A stretch of DNA of 64,000 nt from Eledone cirrhosa (GCA_964016885.1 OZ024742.1:31124001-31188000), one strand, 5' to 3'. Shown: positions 13,518 through 26,009, counted from the stretch's first letter. Program-made: numbers and translations. Notes: a model not told the origin generated them from the letters alone.

Positions 13518-13733
13518 CTTCTTCTTCTTCTTCTTCTTCTTCTTCTTCTTCTTCTTCTTCTTCTTCTTCTTCTTCTTCTTCTTCTTCTTCTTCTTCTTCA
13601 ACTTCTTCTTCTTTTGAACTTCTTCTTGAACTTCTTCTTTTGAACTTCTTCTTCTTGAACTTCTTCTTCTTGAACTTCTTCTTCTTTTGAACTTCTTCTT
13701 GAACTTCTTCTCTTGAACTTCTTCTTCTTTTGA

Positions 13734-13764
<31 letters not shown>

Positions 13765-14680
13765 CTTCTTCTTCTTCTTCTTCTTCTTCTTCTTCTTCTT
13801 CTTCTTCTTCTTCTTCTTCTTCTTCTTCTTCTTCTTCTTCTTCTTCTTCTTCTCCTTCTTCTTTTTTTGAACCCATTCTTCTTCAACTTCTTCTTTTGAA
13901 CTTCTTCTTGAACTACTTTTTCTTCAACTTCTTCTTCTTTTGAACTTCTTGAACTTCTTCTTCTTTTGAACTTCCTCTTCTTGAACTTCTTCTTCTTGAA
14001 CTTCTTGAACTTCTTCTTTTTCTTTTGAACTTTTTCTTCTTGAACTTCTTCTTCTTGAACTTCTTCTTCTTTTGAACTTCTTCTTGAACTTCTTCTTGAA
14101 CTTCTTTTTCTTCTTTTGAACCTCTTCTTCTTCTTCTTTTGAACTTCTTCTTCAACTTCTCCTTCTTTTGAGCTTCTTCTTGAACTTCTTCTTGAACTTC
14201 TTCTTCTTCTTTTGAACTTCTTCTTCTTCAACTTCTTCTTCTTCAACTTCTTCTTCTTTTGAACTTCTTGAACTTCTTCTTCTTCAACTTCTTCTTCTTT
14301 TGAACTTCTTCTTGAAATTCTTCTTCTTTTGAACTTCTTCTTCTTGAATTTCTTCTTCTTCAACTTCTTCTTTTGAACTTCTTCTTGAACTTCTTCTTCT
14401 TGAACTTCTTCTTCTTTTGAACTTCTTCTTCTTGAACTTCTTCTTCTTGAACTTCTTCTTCTTTTGAACTTCTATTTGAACTTCTTCTTCTTCAACTTCT
14501 TCTTCTTTTGAACTACTTCTTCTTGAACTTCTTCTTCTTGAACTTCTTCTTGAACTTCTTCTTCTTTTGAACTTCTATTTGAACTTCTTCTTCCTTCAAC
14601 TTCTTCTTTTGAACTACTTCTTCTTGAACTTCTTCTTCAACTTCTTCTTCTTCTTTTGAACTTCTTCTTCTTCTTTTGAA
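13075..14680. repeat. (GTT)n, then (CTT)n with recurring TTGAA/TTTTGAA/TTCAA interruptions
   Basis: Seen directly; the ~1.4 kb CTT-based part (13288-14680) abuts the PLE fragment. Confidence 0.95.
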
Positions 14681-15660
14681 TCAATACAACCCCTAGAGGT
14701 GAATTAGCTTACAAATTTAGAAGGGCCCTAGATAAACATAAACTTAATATTAAGATAGTAGAAAGACCAGGTACCTCCATAAAAACACTTATTAGCAATA
14801 CATACATTTTTCAAAGACCTCCCTGTATAGATAAGAAATGCATAATCTGTAAACTAAGCCCCCATATTAACTGTAAAACTAGAAATGTAGTATATAGCAT
14901 AAGATGTACTGAAGGACAATGTAAAGATAAGAATATAGTGCACATAGGTGAGACAGCTCGTAGTATAGGAGAACGGTTAAATGAACACTGGCGAGAACTT
15001 CAAGATAAAAAAGAATCATCAACACTCCACCAACATACTAGAATAGAACATAAGGGCAAATTAGAGAACATAGAAATAAAAATAAAATCTACACACAGAA
15101 AAGACGCAATGTTTAGACAAATCACAGAGGCAATAAACATAAATGAACTCCAACCAAAATTAAATAGAAAACATGAATTGAATAGCAACATCACAACTTA
15201 CAATTAAGGACAAATTGAAAACACACACACAGAACAAACAACCAACCAGTAACATGTAAATAAACAAATAAATAAACAAATAAAAACACACACAGACACC
15301 CGGATGTAACACATGCGCAAACTAAGCACACAACACACACAAAAACAAAAACAAGATGACGTAGGACAGAACAAAGGAGAGGCACATAACAAAGAAAAGA
15401 ATCCCCAGTAACTGAAGAGGTCACAGAATGTTTGACGAAAGAACTTTGACAATATATGAACAACGGTCCGGTTATGGAATCAACCAACCAGCCGGATATT
15501 TATAAATTCTTAAATTTATAAATTTTATTTATAATAAATTGGAGTGAAAGCAAATGGTGCGTGTGTTTCTTATTGGCAACATGACCCTCCCAAAGCATAA
15601 CAATATCGGTTTCAACACACGTTTTCAGATAAAGAATCTTGCTAAAGAAATTCAGAAACG
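14680..15660 (+). mobile_element. 3' part of Penelope-like element: Cys linker, GIY-YIG endonuclease, pLTR
   Basis: Translates CIDKKCIIC...NCKTRNVVYSIRC...VHIGETARSIGERLNEH...RQITEAINI...LNRKHE. Near-identical reverse complement of 61592-62563. Confidence 0.92.
15408..15450 (+). ncRNA. Minimal type I hammerhead motif in PLE pLTR
   Basis: gtaa-CTGAAGA-g-gtcaca-gaatg-tttgac-GAAA-gaac-TT-tgac; the 61795-61837 copy has intact helix I gtca/tgac. Confidence 0.65.
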
Positions 15661-15682
15661 AACTATATATATATATATATAT

Positions 15683-16083
15683 ATCACAGAAAAAAAGAGA
15701 ATCAGTTTTGCGACGAATGGAATTTATTGGACATATTACAATAGTTTCTCTGGCGACAAGCTCGAGGCACGATCGATGTGTTGATCGAACCTGACTCTGA
15801 AAATCGCAAGGTCCTCAGATATGTCTTTATTCTACGAAGCAGATTTTCCTAATTAGAATCAAGACGTATCTGAGGACCTTGCGATTTTCAGAGTCAGGTT
15901 CGATTATCACATCGATCGTGCCTCGAGCTGGTCACCAGAGAAACGATTGTAATATGTCCAATCAATTCCATTCGTCGCAACACTGATTCTCTTTTTTTCT
16001 GTGATATCATACTCTCCTCTATGAGAACATCGCGTGCTCATACGGCCTACCGCATACGGACGCTTTAAGCATCCAACACCAAT

Positions 16084-16085
<2 letters not shown>
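15683..16085. mobile_element. Fold-back pLTR insertion of the 2976-4815 PLE family with two hammerheads (15730-15825 minus, 15863-15958 plus)
   Basis: Left arm 15683-15850 is inverted relative to right arm 15854-16085, which matches 4584-4812. Confidence 0.88.
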
Positions 16086-16126
<41 letters not shown>

Positions 16127-16467
16127 TTGTGACTGTGGGTGTATATATCTAGAGAGAGAGAGATAAATAGACACACACATATATTTATGGAAACAGCTTG
16201 TGATTCATTTCGTGGAGTGAATCACAAATTGTCTCTCTAAATATAAACTCTGCACCATAATATTTCGTCGTATTTCTCCCGCTTTTGTAATATATATATA
16301 TATATAAATATATAATATATATATATGCATATATATATGTATATATATATATATATGCATATATATACATATATATAAATATATGCATATATATGTATAT
16401 ATATGTATATATATATATATATACATATATACATATATAAGTATATATATATATATATACATATATA

Positions 16468-16524
<57 letters not shown>

Positions 16525-16534
16525 CTCACTTATA

Positions 16535-16598
<64 letters not shown>

Positions 16599-16661
16599 TA
16601 TATACAATATATATATATACTCACACACACCCACACACACCACACTCACCCACACACACAT

Positions 16662-16712
<51 letters not shown>

Positions 16713-17291
16713 ATGTGTATTGATATATATTTACACACAATTCAAACGAAGTTTCCAAATAAAGCAATATAAAATATTCTGACTAACCTATTCGAAATAT
16801 TCTTGAAATTCTAAAAGAATTTCTTGTAAACAACAACAAAAACAACAACAAGGAACATCCTCATTATAGCAAGAAACGATATTTTTACGATGGCGCTCGG
16901 TACTGATAAAATATTTTACAATTAAATTTGTGGGAAGGTCTCAAAGAAATACGTCTTTTGATATATATTCTCCATTGCCCCCGTTCTAAAATGGTAACTG
17001 ACAGCTAATTAAAGATATCTAACTAAAGATATGGCTTTCAGTACATTTTCTATGATATGCGGAAGAGGATAATGTCTGTGATTAAGAACTGTTCTTAACA
17101 ACTACGCGTTTTTTTGTGTGTTTGATCCCATTGCATAACTCCATAGGCACGTGTCTTCCATTGTAACCACGCGTTCATCAACTTTATGTAAGTGGAATTT
17201 AGTTTTCGTATACTGAAATTGTGCACAAACCCGTGAAATATATATATATAATATATAAATATATATATTACTATCTTAACACAAAATATTA

Positions 17292-17352
17292 TATTTTATC
17301 TGACGAAAGCGTACTAAAATGTTAGTACCCTTGAAATACGTATAATAAAATA
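17292..17352 (+). ncRNA. Type I hammerhead ribozyme
   Basis: tattttat-CTGACGA-aagcgtactaa-aatg-ttagtaccctt-GAAA-tacgta-TA-ataaaata; 8-bp helix I and palindromic helix III ATACGTAT. Confidence 0.8.
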
Positions 17353-17391
17353 AATATGGTTTTGTAAAGATATTTTCCATTTATTAATAAT

Positions 17392-17424
<33 letters not shown>

Positions 17425-17431
<7 letters not shown>

Positions 17432-17960
17432 AAGTTAAATAAAAAGTCAAATGTTTAAAATTTAGCTTCGTTTATTACTGCTATATATATTTCAGTGACA
17501 GCCATCTTTGGCTGTGACCTCTTCAGGCAGTCCGAATTAGTGTGGTATAGACAAGTACATATGTTGTTGAGGTGTATAATTGTGTCAATACTCTGATATG
17601 CCCAGTTCCTGGTTGGGTTGTTATTTCATTGAGGAACTGGAATCATATGATTCCAGTTCCTCAATGAAATAACAACCCAACCAGGAACTGGGCATATCAG
17701 AGTATTGACACAATTATACACCTCAACAACATATGTACTTGTCTATACCACACTAATTCGGACTGCCTGAAGAGGTCACAGCCAAAGATGGCTGTCACTG
17801 AAATATATATAGCAGTAATAAACGAAGCTAAATTTTAAACATTTGACTTTTTATTTAACTTTATTTTACATTACTCCGGAGTAACCAAACCAACCTGCGC
17901 ACTTCGTCGAGTGCTCCCCTGCATACTGAGGTGTTGGTATACAACCAACATATACTAATA
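17425..17960. mobile_element. ~444-bp palindrome (17425-17868) plus unpaired tail; PLE pLTR-like
   Basis: No spacer; centre AATCAT|ATGATT at 17646/17647. Hammerhead plus AATAAA in each arm. Flanked by (AT)n. Confidence 0.88.
17762..17816 (+). ncRNA. Type I hammerhead ribozyme (mirror copy 17477-17531 minus)
   Basis: actgc-CTGAAGA-ggtc-acagcca-aaga-tggctgt-cact-GAAA-tatata-TA-gcagt, followed by AATAAA. Confidence 0.82.
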
Positions 17961-17974
17961 TATATATATATATA

Positions 17975-18110
17975 AGTCCCGGGTTCAATCGGGGGTAACC
18001 ACAGTAAGTAAGGTACTCAATATATTAGTAGAGTGTAAAAAACAAATTTATTATAGATATGGCTTCTACAGGACTAGAACTGTTTCATTCGAAGGAAATT
18101 ATCAGAACAG
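17975..18110 (-). mobile_element. pLTR fragment with degenerate hammerhead, same family as 52332-52510
   Basis: CTGATAA-tttccttcgaat-GAAA-cagttctagtcctg-TA-gaagcc; shares the tail GAGTACCTTAC...TGTGGTTACCCCCGATTGA. Confidence 0.7.
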
Positions 18111-18137
18111 CACATAATTTTATATATGTATGAATGT

Positions 18138-18305
<168 letters not shown>

Positions 18306-18929
18306 ATATATATATGTAAAGTAAGAAAAACGATGAAGTTTCCTTTACATGTATTTCTGTGTGATTGGTTCAGGGTCACATATGGAAGTTATTGACCCAA
18401 ATGCAACATCGATCTGCTCATCTGACTGGCGATTCAACAAAAATAAAATAATTCACTGAATCATATATATATATATATATATAAATTAGGAAGAGTTCAG
18501 TTTGAAACTGGTTAGACCATTACTCAACAGAGTACTCGATACTTGGGGTATCAGTGTAAAGTTATATTATAACGAGTCAACAGGGTATGGAACTAGCTGT
18601 TGAAACTGCAAGAGCTCAGTCCCGACTCTTAATAATATGAGTAATCAATACCATGATAGAAATCAATATTTTCTTTAAGAAGGACAAGTTTGAATCTTGT
18701 TACTCTGGAGCTTTTCTTGTGGACTACCATGGTCATTTAGGTCATGTGCTGATGGTGATGCCAAATAGACAATGATATCGGTTATTCCTGGTTTCTGGTC
18801 ACCTGGACAATTAAGTGACCAGTTGGCTCCAGAGATATAATGCCGAAGTTGTGAGCTCAGTGAGTAGATTGTTGTTTTGTAGGTAATGTACAATAATGTA
18901 CATAAGCTTTAGGGTTTGGTTATTTTGAT

Positions 18930-19105
18930 TTGGAAGAATGGTCAGATTCCTCAAGAAATTAAAGACTTATCTATCACCCATCCTTTTTAAACGGAAAGGG
19001 GAAAAAGAATTGTGTGACAACCATCGGAGTATATCGCTGCTTTCTGTAACTGGCAAGATCCTTGCTTGAGTTGTCCTCAACGGAATAATAACTCATCTAG
19101 TAAAT
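18930..19105 (+). pseudogene. RTE LINE relic, RT N-terminal region
   Basis: Reads KRKGEKELCDNHRSISLLSVTGKILA*VVLN, homologous to KGKGNRNDCGNYRGIRLLSVVGKVLCRVLLD at ~8610-8705. Confidence 0.8.
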
Positions 19106-19664
19106 CATGCTGAAGAAGTGACCTCAGTGAATAGATTGTTGGTTTTTAGCAGCAGTTTACTTAACTGATGACACGATGTGTTTGTGTAGGTCTCTTTTCC
19201 TTTATACGTGTATATACGCTGGCTTGAGGGTAATGGCTGCCTACCTTGCAGTAGCACATGGGCCAGATGGAGTTAAAGCAGTCATTGCTGAATATTGGGG
19301 GACAGTAGATTGAAATTGATTAAGATGATGTTTCTCTGATGTTCAGCTCCAGGGATGTAAGGATGTGACTTGTTACGGATGCTCCATCTAGTGTTGAAAA
19401 TATTGAATCCTGGAGATTCCAAATGTAATGGGACAGGGAGGTAGAATCCTCCATGTTCCTTCATATAAAGGGGTTCATATGTTGAATAGATCTACTCTGA
19501 AAATGTGTGACTGTTAGGGGTATATAGTTATCGTCCTAGTCTTTAACACTAAACCTAACCCAGCGACCTTGAGCTGCTTCTATTTTTTTACATACACAGA
19601 ACCGCCCACTCACCCATACATACATACATATATACATACATACATACATACATACATACATACA

Positions 19665-19698
<34 letters not shown>

Positions 19699-19703
19699 CA
19701 TAA

Positions 19704-19744
<41 letters not shown>

Positions 19745-19865
19745 TTAAATATATATAAATATAAATATAATATTATATATATATATATATATATAATATT
19801 ATATATATATATATATATAATATTATATATATATATATATATAATATTATATATATATATATATA

Positions 19866-19980
<115 letters not shown>

Positions 19981-20163
19981 TACAATGTATTTAACAGGAA
20001 GGAAGAAAGACAAAAACAAACCCACCTTCCCCACACCCACCCCATTTCCACACAACAAAAGACAAAATGTAAAAAATGTTAAGAAATAAAAAACTGTTAC
20101 ATTGAGAAATTTAAGGCGGAGAGTTTTACTTGAACATAAGACAGATCCGGTTTAATAATTGAC

Positions 20164-20219
<56 letters not shown>

Positions 20220-20360
20220 TAGTAGTATATATATATATATATACATTCAGACATACATACATCCATTACATACCCGAATATATACATATATCAATACATA
20301 TATCCATCCATCCATCCATCCAGCCATACATACATACATACATACATACATACATACATA

Positions 20361-20600
20361 CATGATAACTGCCCTTTCTTTACAGAAGATAACCATTTCT
20401 TCAACGAATTCCCTGCTATTATGAACCACAGCCAACCACAGGTTGTTGGCCTGTCTGATGTCTGAACAGAATTTGTCTAGGTCACCTTTTCTAGACTCTG
20501 CCAATGTGATATGGGTGAGCAGTGCATCTACAAAAAGGGTTGCTAGACGCTCAAGATTCCGAAGCATGTTGCTGTTCAGGTTAACAGCGCAGCGATGTTA
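20361..20600 (-). mobile_element. Probable RTE-related 3' end with (ATGT)n tail
   Basis: Minus strand ends GGCAGTTATC-ATGTATGT, versus GGCAGCCACC-ATGTATGT in the other RTE derivatives. Only weak peptide resemblance. Confidence 0.45.
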
Positions 20601-21389
20601 TGACTAGACTAGAGTCGCCCACGTATCGATTCGTGACTATATACTTCTAACCGGCCGAGTCTGCACACGTTGCCACTCCTCTGTACATACATACCTACAG
20701 AAAGAACACAAGTACAATCCATATGGAACAGTAAAAATATGTAAAACATTCCAAAAATTTTGCATCTAATAACTGCATATACACATGTACAGATACTAAG
20801 CATATACACATGCACACATACAACTCAAAACATCCACATCCACACATACAATAAAATCCATATCTACACATGCATGCATGCAGACATAATCTACCTAGTT
20901 GATGTTGTGTAAATTCGAATGAGTCTTGTAACTATGTTAGAAACCGACTCTCTCTATTGGCAAACATTTGTGAAATTATAAAACCAGAAGAACATACATA
21001 CATACATACATACATACATACATACATACATACATACATACATACATACACACACACAATCATGGTGGGTTTTGAACTCAGAGAGTGCAGAGAGCCGGAA
21101 CAAATACCGCAAAGCATTCTATCTGACGTTCTAATGACTGAATTCACCGCTTTTTTGTTGGGTATTGAAGTGTATTCTGGTTGTGAAGAGAAGGGCTCTT
21201 CTCTTAGATCCAGTCCTAGCAAAGTTATGGCTGTGTGTTCACCACAAGAGAATTTCAGTGATTATAAGGCCTAGCATTTAGAGCAATCGTGAGGGCTCTG
21301 GTTGTGTTCTACTCATGTGATGTGTTCTTGAAATGAGCAGTATTTGAGTTTTTTGTTACTTTCGTGTTTATGAAATTGCCGCTGCCCCT

Positions 21390-21720
21390 CGTGGCTTGCT
21401 GGTCTCACGCCCCTTCAACTTAGACATTCCCAAGTCATGCGTCTGCCATCCTCTCATCACCCAAGTTGTGTACAACCTCACATGCTCTGAACTAACAACT
21501 ATAACCAGTCCTTATTCCGCCAGAATGCCATCTCCCTGAAAGTCACTCCCTTGACCATGTCTTTTGAAAAGGAGAGGATTTACAAGAATTTAAGCAGAAC
21601 ATTAACGGCATCAGTGTCTCCCTTTTCGGCGAGCCACTGAATCCCATGGGCACTGTCCCGTCTTCAACACTTTCCCAAATAACCAACCCACTATGTCAAT
21701 ACGATAAGACAACCCTGACA
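21390..21720 (+). mobile_element. Degenerate LINE 3' end (CR1/Jockey-group-like)
   Basis: Frameshifted pieces SSHHPSCVQ, TNNYNQSLF and DLQEFKQNINGI resemble the RT..Y..SFF..LWN.LP..FK C-terminal pattern. Confidence 0.5.
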
Positions 21721-21764
21721 GCAGTACATAAATAACCTGCTATTTATCCGGAATACACATTATT

Positions 21765-22484
21765 TTAAATGTAAGTATGTATGTATACGTACATACATAT
21801 ATGTATACAGACGTACAGTAGCATGTATATATATACATACAGGCACACATATATATATATGCACGTATCAGTTTACCGAACATTTATTATAATGCTCGGT
21901 TTGTTCGTTTGTAAACAAACAAACAGCCTGAATTACGCCGTACAGTGTTTAGGCAACCACGTCACCTTTTTGTTCAACACTGACACAGGAACGATGTACT
22001 AGTTTCAAGCTTATTAGCTATCATCAGCACCGTTTACCCATCTGCCAGATAGTTGAACGTTCGAAAGTATATACTTTCCTTATGAAAATTAACGGCTGAG
22101 CAGCCTAATTTGCATATCGACTGGACTCACTCGATATGCAAATTAGGCTGCTCAGCCGTTAATTTTCATAAGGAAAGTATATACTTTCGGGCGTTCAACC
22201 ATCTGGCAGAAAGGTATACGGTGCTGACGATAGCTAATAAGCTTGAAACTAGTACATCGTTCCTGTGTCAGTGTTGAACAAAAAGGTGACGTGGTTGCCT
22301 AAACACTGTACGGCGTAATTCAGGCTGTTTGTTTGTTTACAAACGAACAAACCGAGCATTATAATAAATGTTCGGTAAACTGATACGTGCATATATATAT
22401 GTGTGCCTGTATGTATATATATACATGCTACTGTACGTCTGTATACATATATGTATGTACGTATACATACATACTTATATTTAA
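21765..22484. mobile_element. Fold-back with ~355-bp arms and 10-nt loop (22121-22130); pLTR-like
   Basis: Arms are reverse complements with few mismatches; one hammerhead per arm. Confidence 0.9.
21991..22033 (-). ncRNA. Minimal type I hammerhead ribozyme (mirror copy 22218-22260 plus)
   Basis: acggtg-CTGATGA-t-agct-aata-agct-t-GAAA-ctag-TA-catcgt; palindromic helix III ACTAGT. Confidence 0.85.
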
Positions 22485-22764
22485 GTAAGTGCCGTACTAA
22501 GAGTGAGAAATGAAATTTCGTTTCATTCTATTCCATCACATTATTTTAAATTTCAATAAATCTTTCTGTAGTTTATTAAAAGAAAAAAAAAATGTTATAC
22601 CAAAGAATGTTTTCATCATTTTGTCTGCGGGGCACAGTCGAATTCCCGCTGAGACTAGAATGTAGAGCTTCTTCCTTCTTTTCTTTCATTGCTTAATTCT
22701 CTTTCTTCTTTCTTTTTCTTGTTTTTTTGGTTTCATTTAAATCTCATTATTTTCTACGTTGAAA

Positions 22765-23160
22765 GGGTGGTAGATTGGCAGTGTCGCTAGAGAGTTGGAC
22801 ACCATGCTTTGCAGCATAGAGTTACGGTCCTTTACGGTCTGAGTTCAAATCTAGCCGAGGTTAACTTTTCCTTTTATACTTACGGGGTCGATAAAATAAA
22901 GTACCAGTAATACACTGGGATAATTGCTGGCCTTGTGCCAAAAGTAGAAACACTTATTTTCTATGTTGTAAAGTATGGTGTCCGACGCTGTAAAGCAGAG
23001 TCGGACGCCATGCTTTACAGGATAGAGTTACGGGCCTTTATGATCTGAGTTCAAATCCCGCCGAGGTTAACTTTGCCTTTCATCCTTACGGGGTCGATAA
23101 AATAAAGTACCAGTAATGTATTGGATAATTGCTGGCCTTGTGCCAAAAGTAGAACAATTA
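22765..23160 (+). mobile_element. Two head-to-tail SINE family A copies
   Basis: B boxes GAGTTCAAATC near 22840 and 23047; body as at 1-140. Confidence 0.88.
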
Positions 23161-23283
23161 TTTTTTAATTGTAAATATTATTGTTATTGTGAGAAAAATA
23201 TATTCAGCCACTAGAGGTCACTATAATGAAATAGACAAACAAATATAAGATTCTAAATGTTTTTATTTTTATCCGAAAGGAGC

Positions 23284-23378
23284 GATGGTGTCCTGTAAGA
23301 ATTGAACGGGGGGCGGTGGTGTCCTGTAAGAATTGAACGGGGGGCGTGGTGTCTGGTAAGAAGTGAACGGGAGCGGCG
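23284..23378 (+). repeat. ~30-bp unit x3
   Basis: GGTGTCCTGTAAGAATTGAACGGGGGGCG repeated, third copy diverged. Confidence 0.85.
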
Positions 23379-23674
23379 AATATTTTGCGAATTCTTTATT
23401 TTATTTTCATGTTACGAAGTTTCTACATAGAATTAGTTCAGCAATTCAGCTGAAGCAGTTAAAGTTGAAATTTTCTCAAATCTCTTTTAAGGGGCGGAAA
23501 TGAAAAAAACAAAACAACAAAACAAATACAAAAATACCCCAGAAATTTCTTAAATTAGACAATTTTATATTTGGGTTTATTTGGAATAGTGGCGGAAAGC
23601 CGTCCCCCCGTATCACCCCACCTGCAATACTAAGATAACGCCCTTCCCACGTATACCCACATCTCTACAGCAGT

Positions 23675-24885
23675 ATACACACACACACACACATGTACAC
23701 ACATACACACATACACACACACACACACACATATATACACACATATATACACACAGATATACACACATACACACACACACACATATATATATATACACAC
23801 ATATATATACACAGATATACATAGACACACTTACCCACACCCCCACAAACATATATACACACATATATATATACACACATATACATAGACACACATATAC
23901 ACATACACACACACACACATATATATACACACATATATACACGCACATATACACACATACACACACACACATATATATACACACATATACATAGACACAC
24001 TTACCCACACGCACACACACATATATACACACATATATATACACACATATACATAGACACACATACACACATACACACATATACACACATACTCACACAT
24101 ATATATATGCATATTTACATATGTCTGTGTGTATGTGCTTGTGCTTATGTGGGTATGTACTTGTACGCACATGTGTGTATGTGCTTGTATGTGTATGTGT
24201 GTATATGATTGTGTGTGTATGTGTGTATGTACTTGTATTTGTGTATATGATTGTGTGTGTATGTGTGTATGTACTTGTATGTGTATGTGGGTATATGATT
24301 GTGTGTGTATCTGTGTATGTGCTTGTATGTGTATGTGCGTATATGATTGTGTGTGTATGTACTTGTATGTGTATGTGGCTATATGATTGTGTGTGTATGT
24401 GTGTATATGATTGTGAGTGTATGTACTTGTATGCGTATGTGGGTATATGATTGTGTGTGTATGTGCTTGTATGTGTATGTGGGTATATGATTGTGTGTGT
24501 TTGTGTGTATGTGCTTGTATGTGCTTGTATGATTGTGTGTGTATGTGCTTGTGCGTGTGTATATGATTGTGTGTGTGTGTGTGTGTGCTTGTGTGTGTAT
24601 GTGTGTGTATGTGCTTGTATGTGGGTATATGATTGTGTGCGTATGTCCTTGTATGAGTATGTGTGTATATGATTGTGTGTGTATGTGTGTATATGATTGT
24701 GTGTGTATGTGGATATATGATTGTGTGTGTATGTGTGTATATGATTGTGTGTGTATGTGTGTATATGATTGTGTGTGTATGTGGATATATGATTGTGTGT
24801 GTATGTACTTGTCTGTGTATGTGTGTATGTGCTTGTCTGTGTATGTGCTTGTAAGTGTATGTGTGTATGTGCTTGTAAGTGTATT
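23675..24885. repeat. AC-rich then GT-rich compound micro/minisatellite
   Basis: Strand polarity flips near 24120; a 22-bp GTGTATATGATTGTGTGTGTAT unit recurs in the right half. Confidence 0.9.
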
Positions 24886-25344
24886 CGTGAGAAAATCAGA
24901 CATATTTCAATAGTCTGTTATTGTTAATCAGTAGTAGAAGTCTAACGCCCCTAACTTAACTTCTAAATGTCCTTAAAGTCTATTATACTGAGGATAGGTT
25001 AAATATATAACATTTAGGAGAGACGTGGGTGGAAAGTTGGGGCCATATTGCAATAGATACCAAACTAGGTCGTTAAAGATTAGGGACCAGACCAGAATCA
25101 TTTCTTACTGATTTTCAAGGAGCGAAAACCGGTGTCGGTTTATTTGATGAAGACAAAAAGGGGGTATGTTAGATATTTTAAAGGTGTGGTGTCACAGACA
25201 AAACTAATTGGGCGGCGTACATACCATTGTAATAAAAGAATTGAAAAACTTCAGGAAGAGGTGGGAGAATTACAATTCGAACTTCTAGTCGAATTTTGGG
25301 TGCAGTCTTGAAATGGTGGATTTGCCAACAGACAAGATGTCGTC

Positions 25345-26008
25345 ATTATATTTATAGCCCTAGGATGGCAATATCAGTAGAGAGTCGGACATGCTTCCCG
25401 GTATAGTTACGTCCCTTTACGATCTGAGTTCAAATCCCGCCGAGGTTAACTTTGCCTTTCATCCTTAAGGGGTCGACAAAATGAAGTACCAGTAATGTAC
25501 AGGGTATTTGCTGCTAAAAGTAGAAACAATTATATTTATAGCCGTAGGATGGTGGTTTGGTAGTATCGGTAGAGCGTCGGACAATATGCTTTGCAGTATA
25601 GAGTTACGTTCCTTTACGCTTCGAGTTCAAATCGCGCTGAGGTTAACTTTGCCTTTCATTCTTACGGGGTCAATAAAATAAAGTACCAGTAACGAATTAG
25701 GGTCGATTTAATCGACTTCCCATCGCGCAAAATTGTTGGCCTTGTGCCTAAATCAGAAATCATTATATATATAGCCGCAGAGTAGTGGATTGGCAGTATC
25801 GGTAGAGCGTCGGACAGTATGCTTTGCGACAAATAATTACAGTCGTTAACGTTCTGAGTTCAAATCCCGCCGAAGTTAGCTTTGTTTTTTATCCTTACAA
25901 ATAAAGCACCAGTAACGCACTGGTGTCAATTTAATCGACTTTCCTCTCCCCTTCAAATTGTTGGTCTTGTGCCAAATGTAGAAACAATTATATTTATAGC
26001 TGTGTATG
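25345..26008 (+). mobile_element. Three head-to-tail SINE family A copies
   Basis: B boxes near 25426, 25623 and 25856; each copy bounded by an ATTATATTTATAGCCG-like spacer. Confidence 0.88.
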
Positions 26009-26009
26009 G

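Noticed and set aside
12068-14363. Gly-rich, poly-Val, poly-Leu and Lys/Arg/Glu-rich ORFs
   Set aside because: Translations of GGT, GTT and CTT microsatellites with no unique coding sequence or splice context.
13389-14680. TTCnnGAA and TTCnnnnGAA as heat-shock or STAT element arrays
   Set aside because: They follow automatically from the repeat vocabulary, spacing does not give three-unit heat-shock elements, and no target gene is present.
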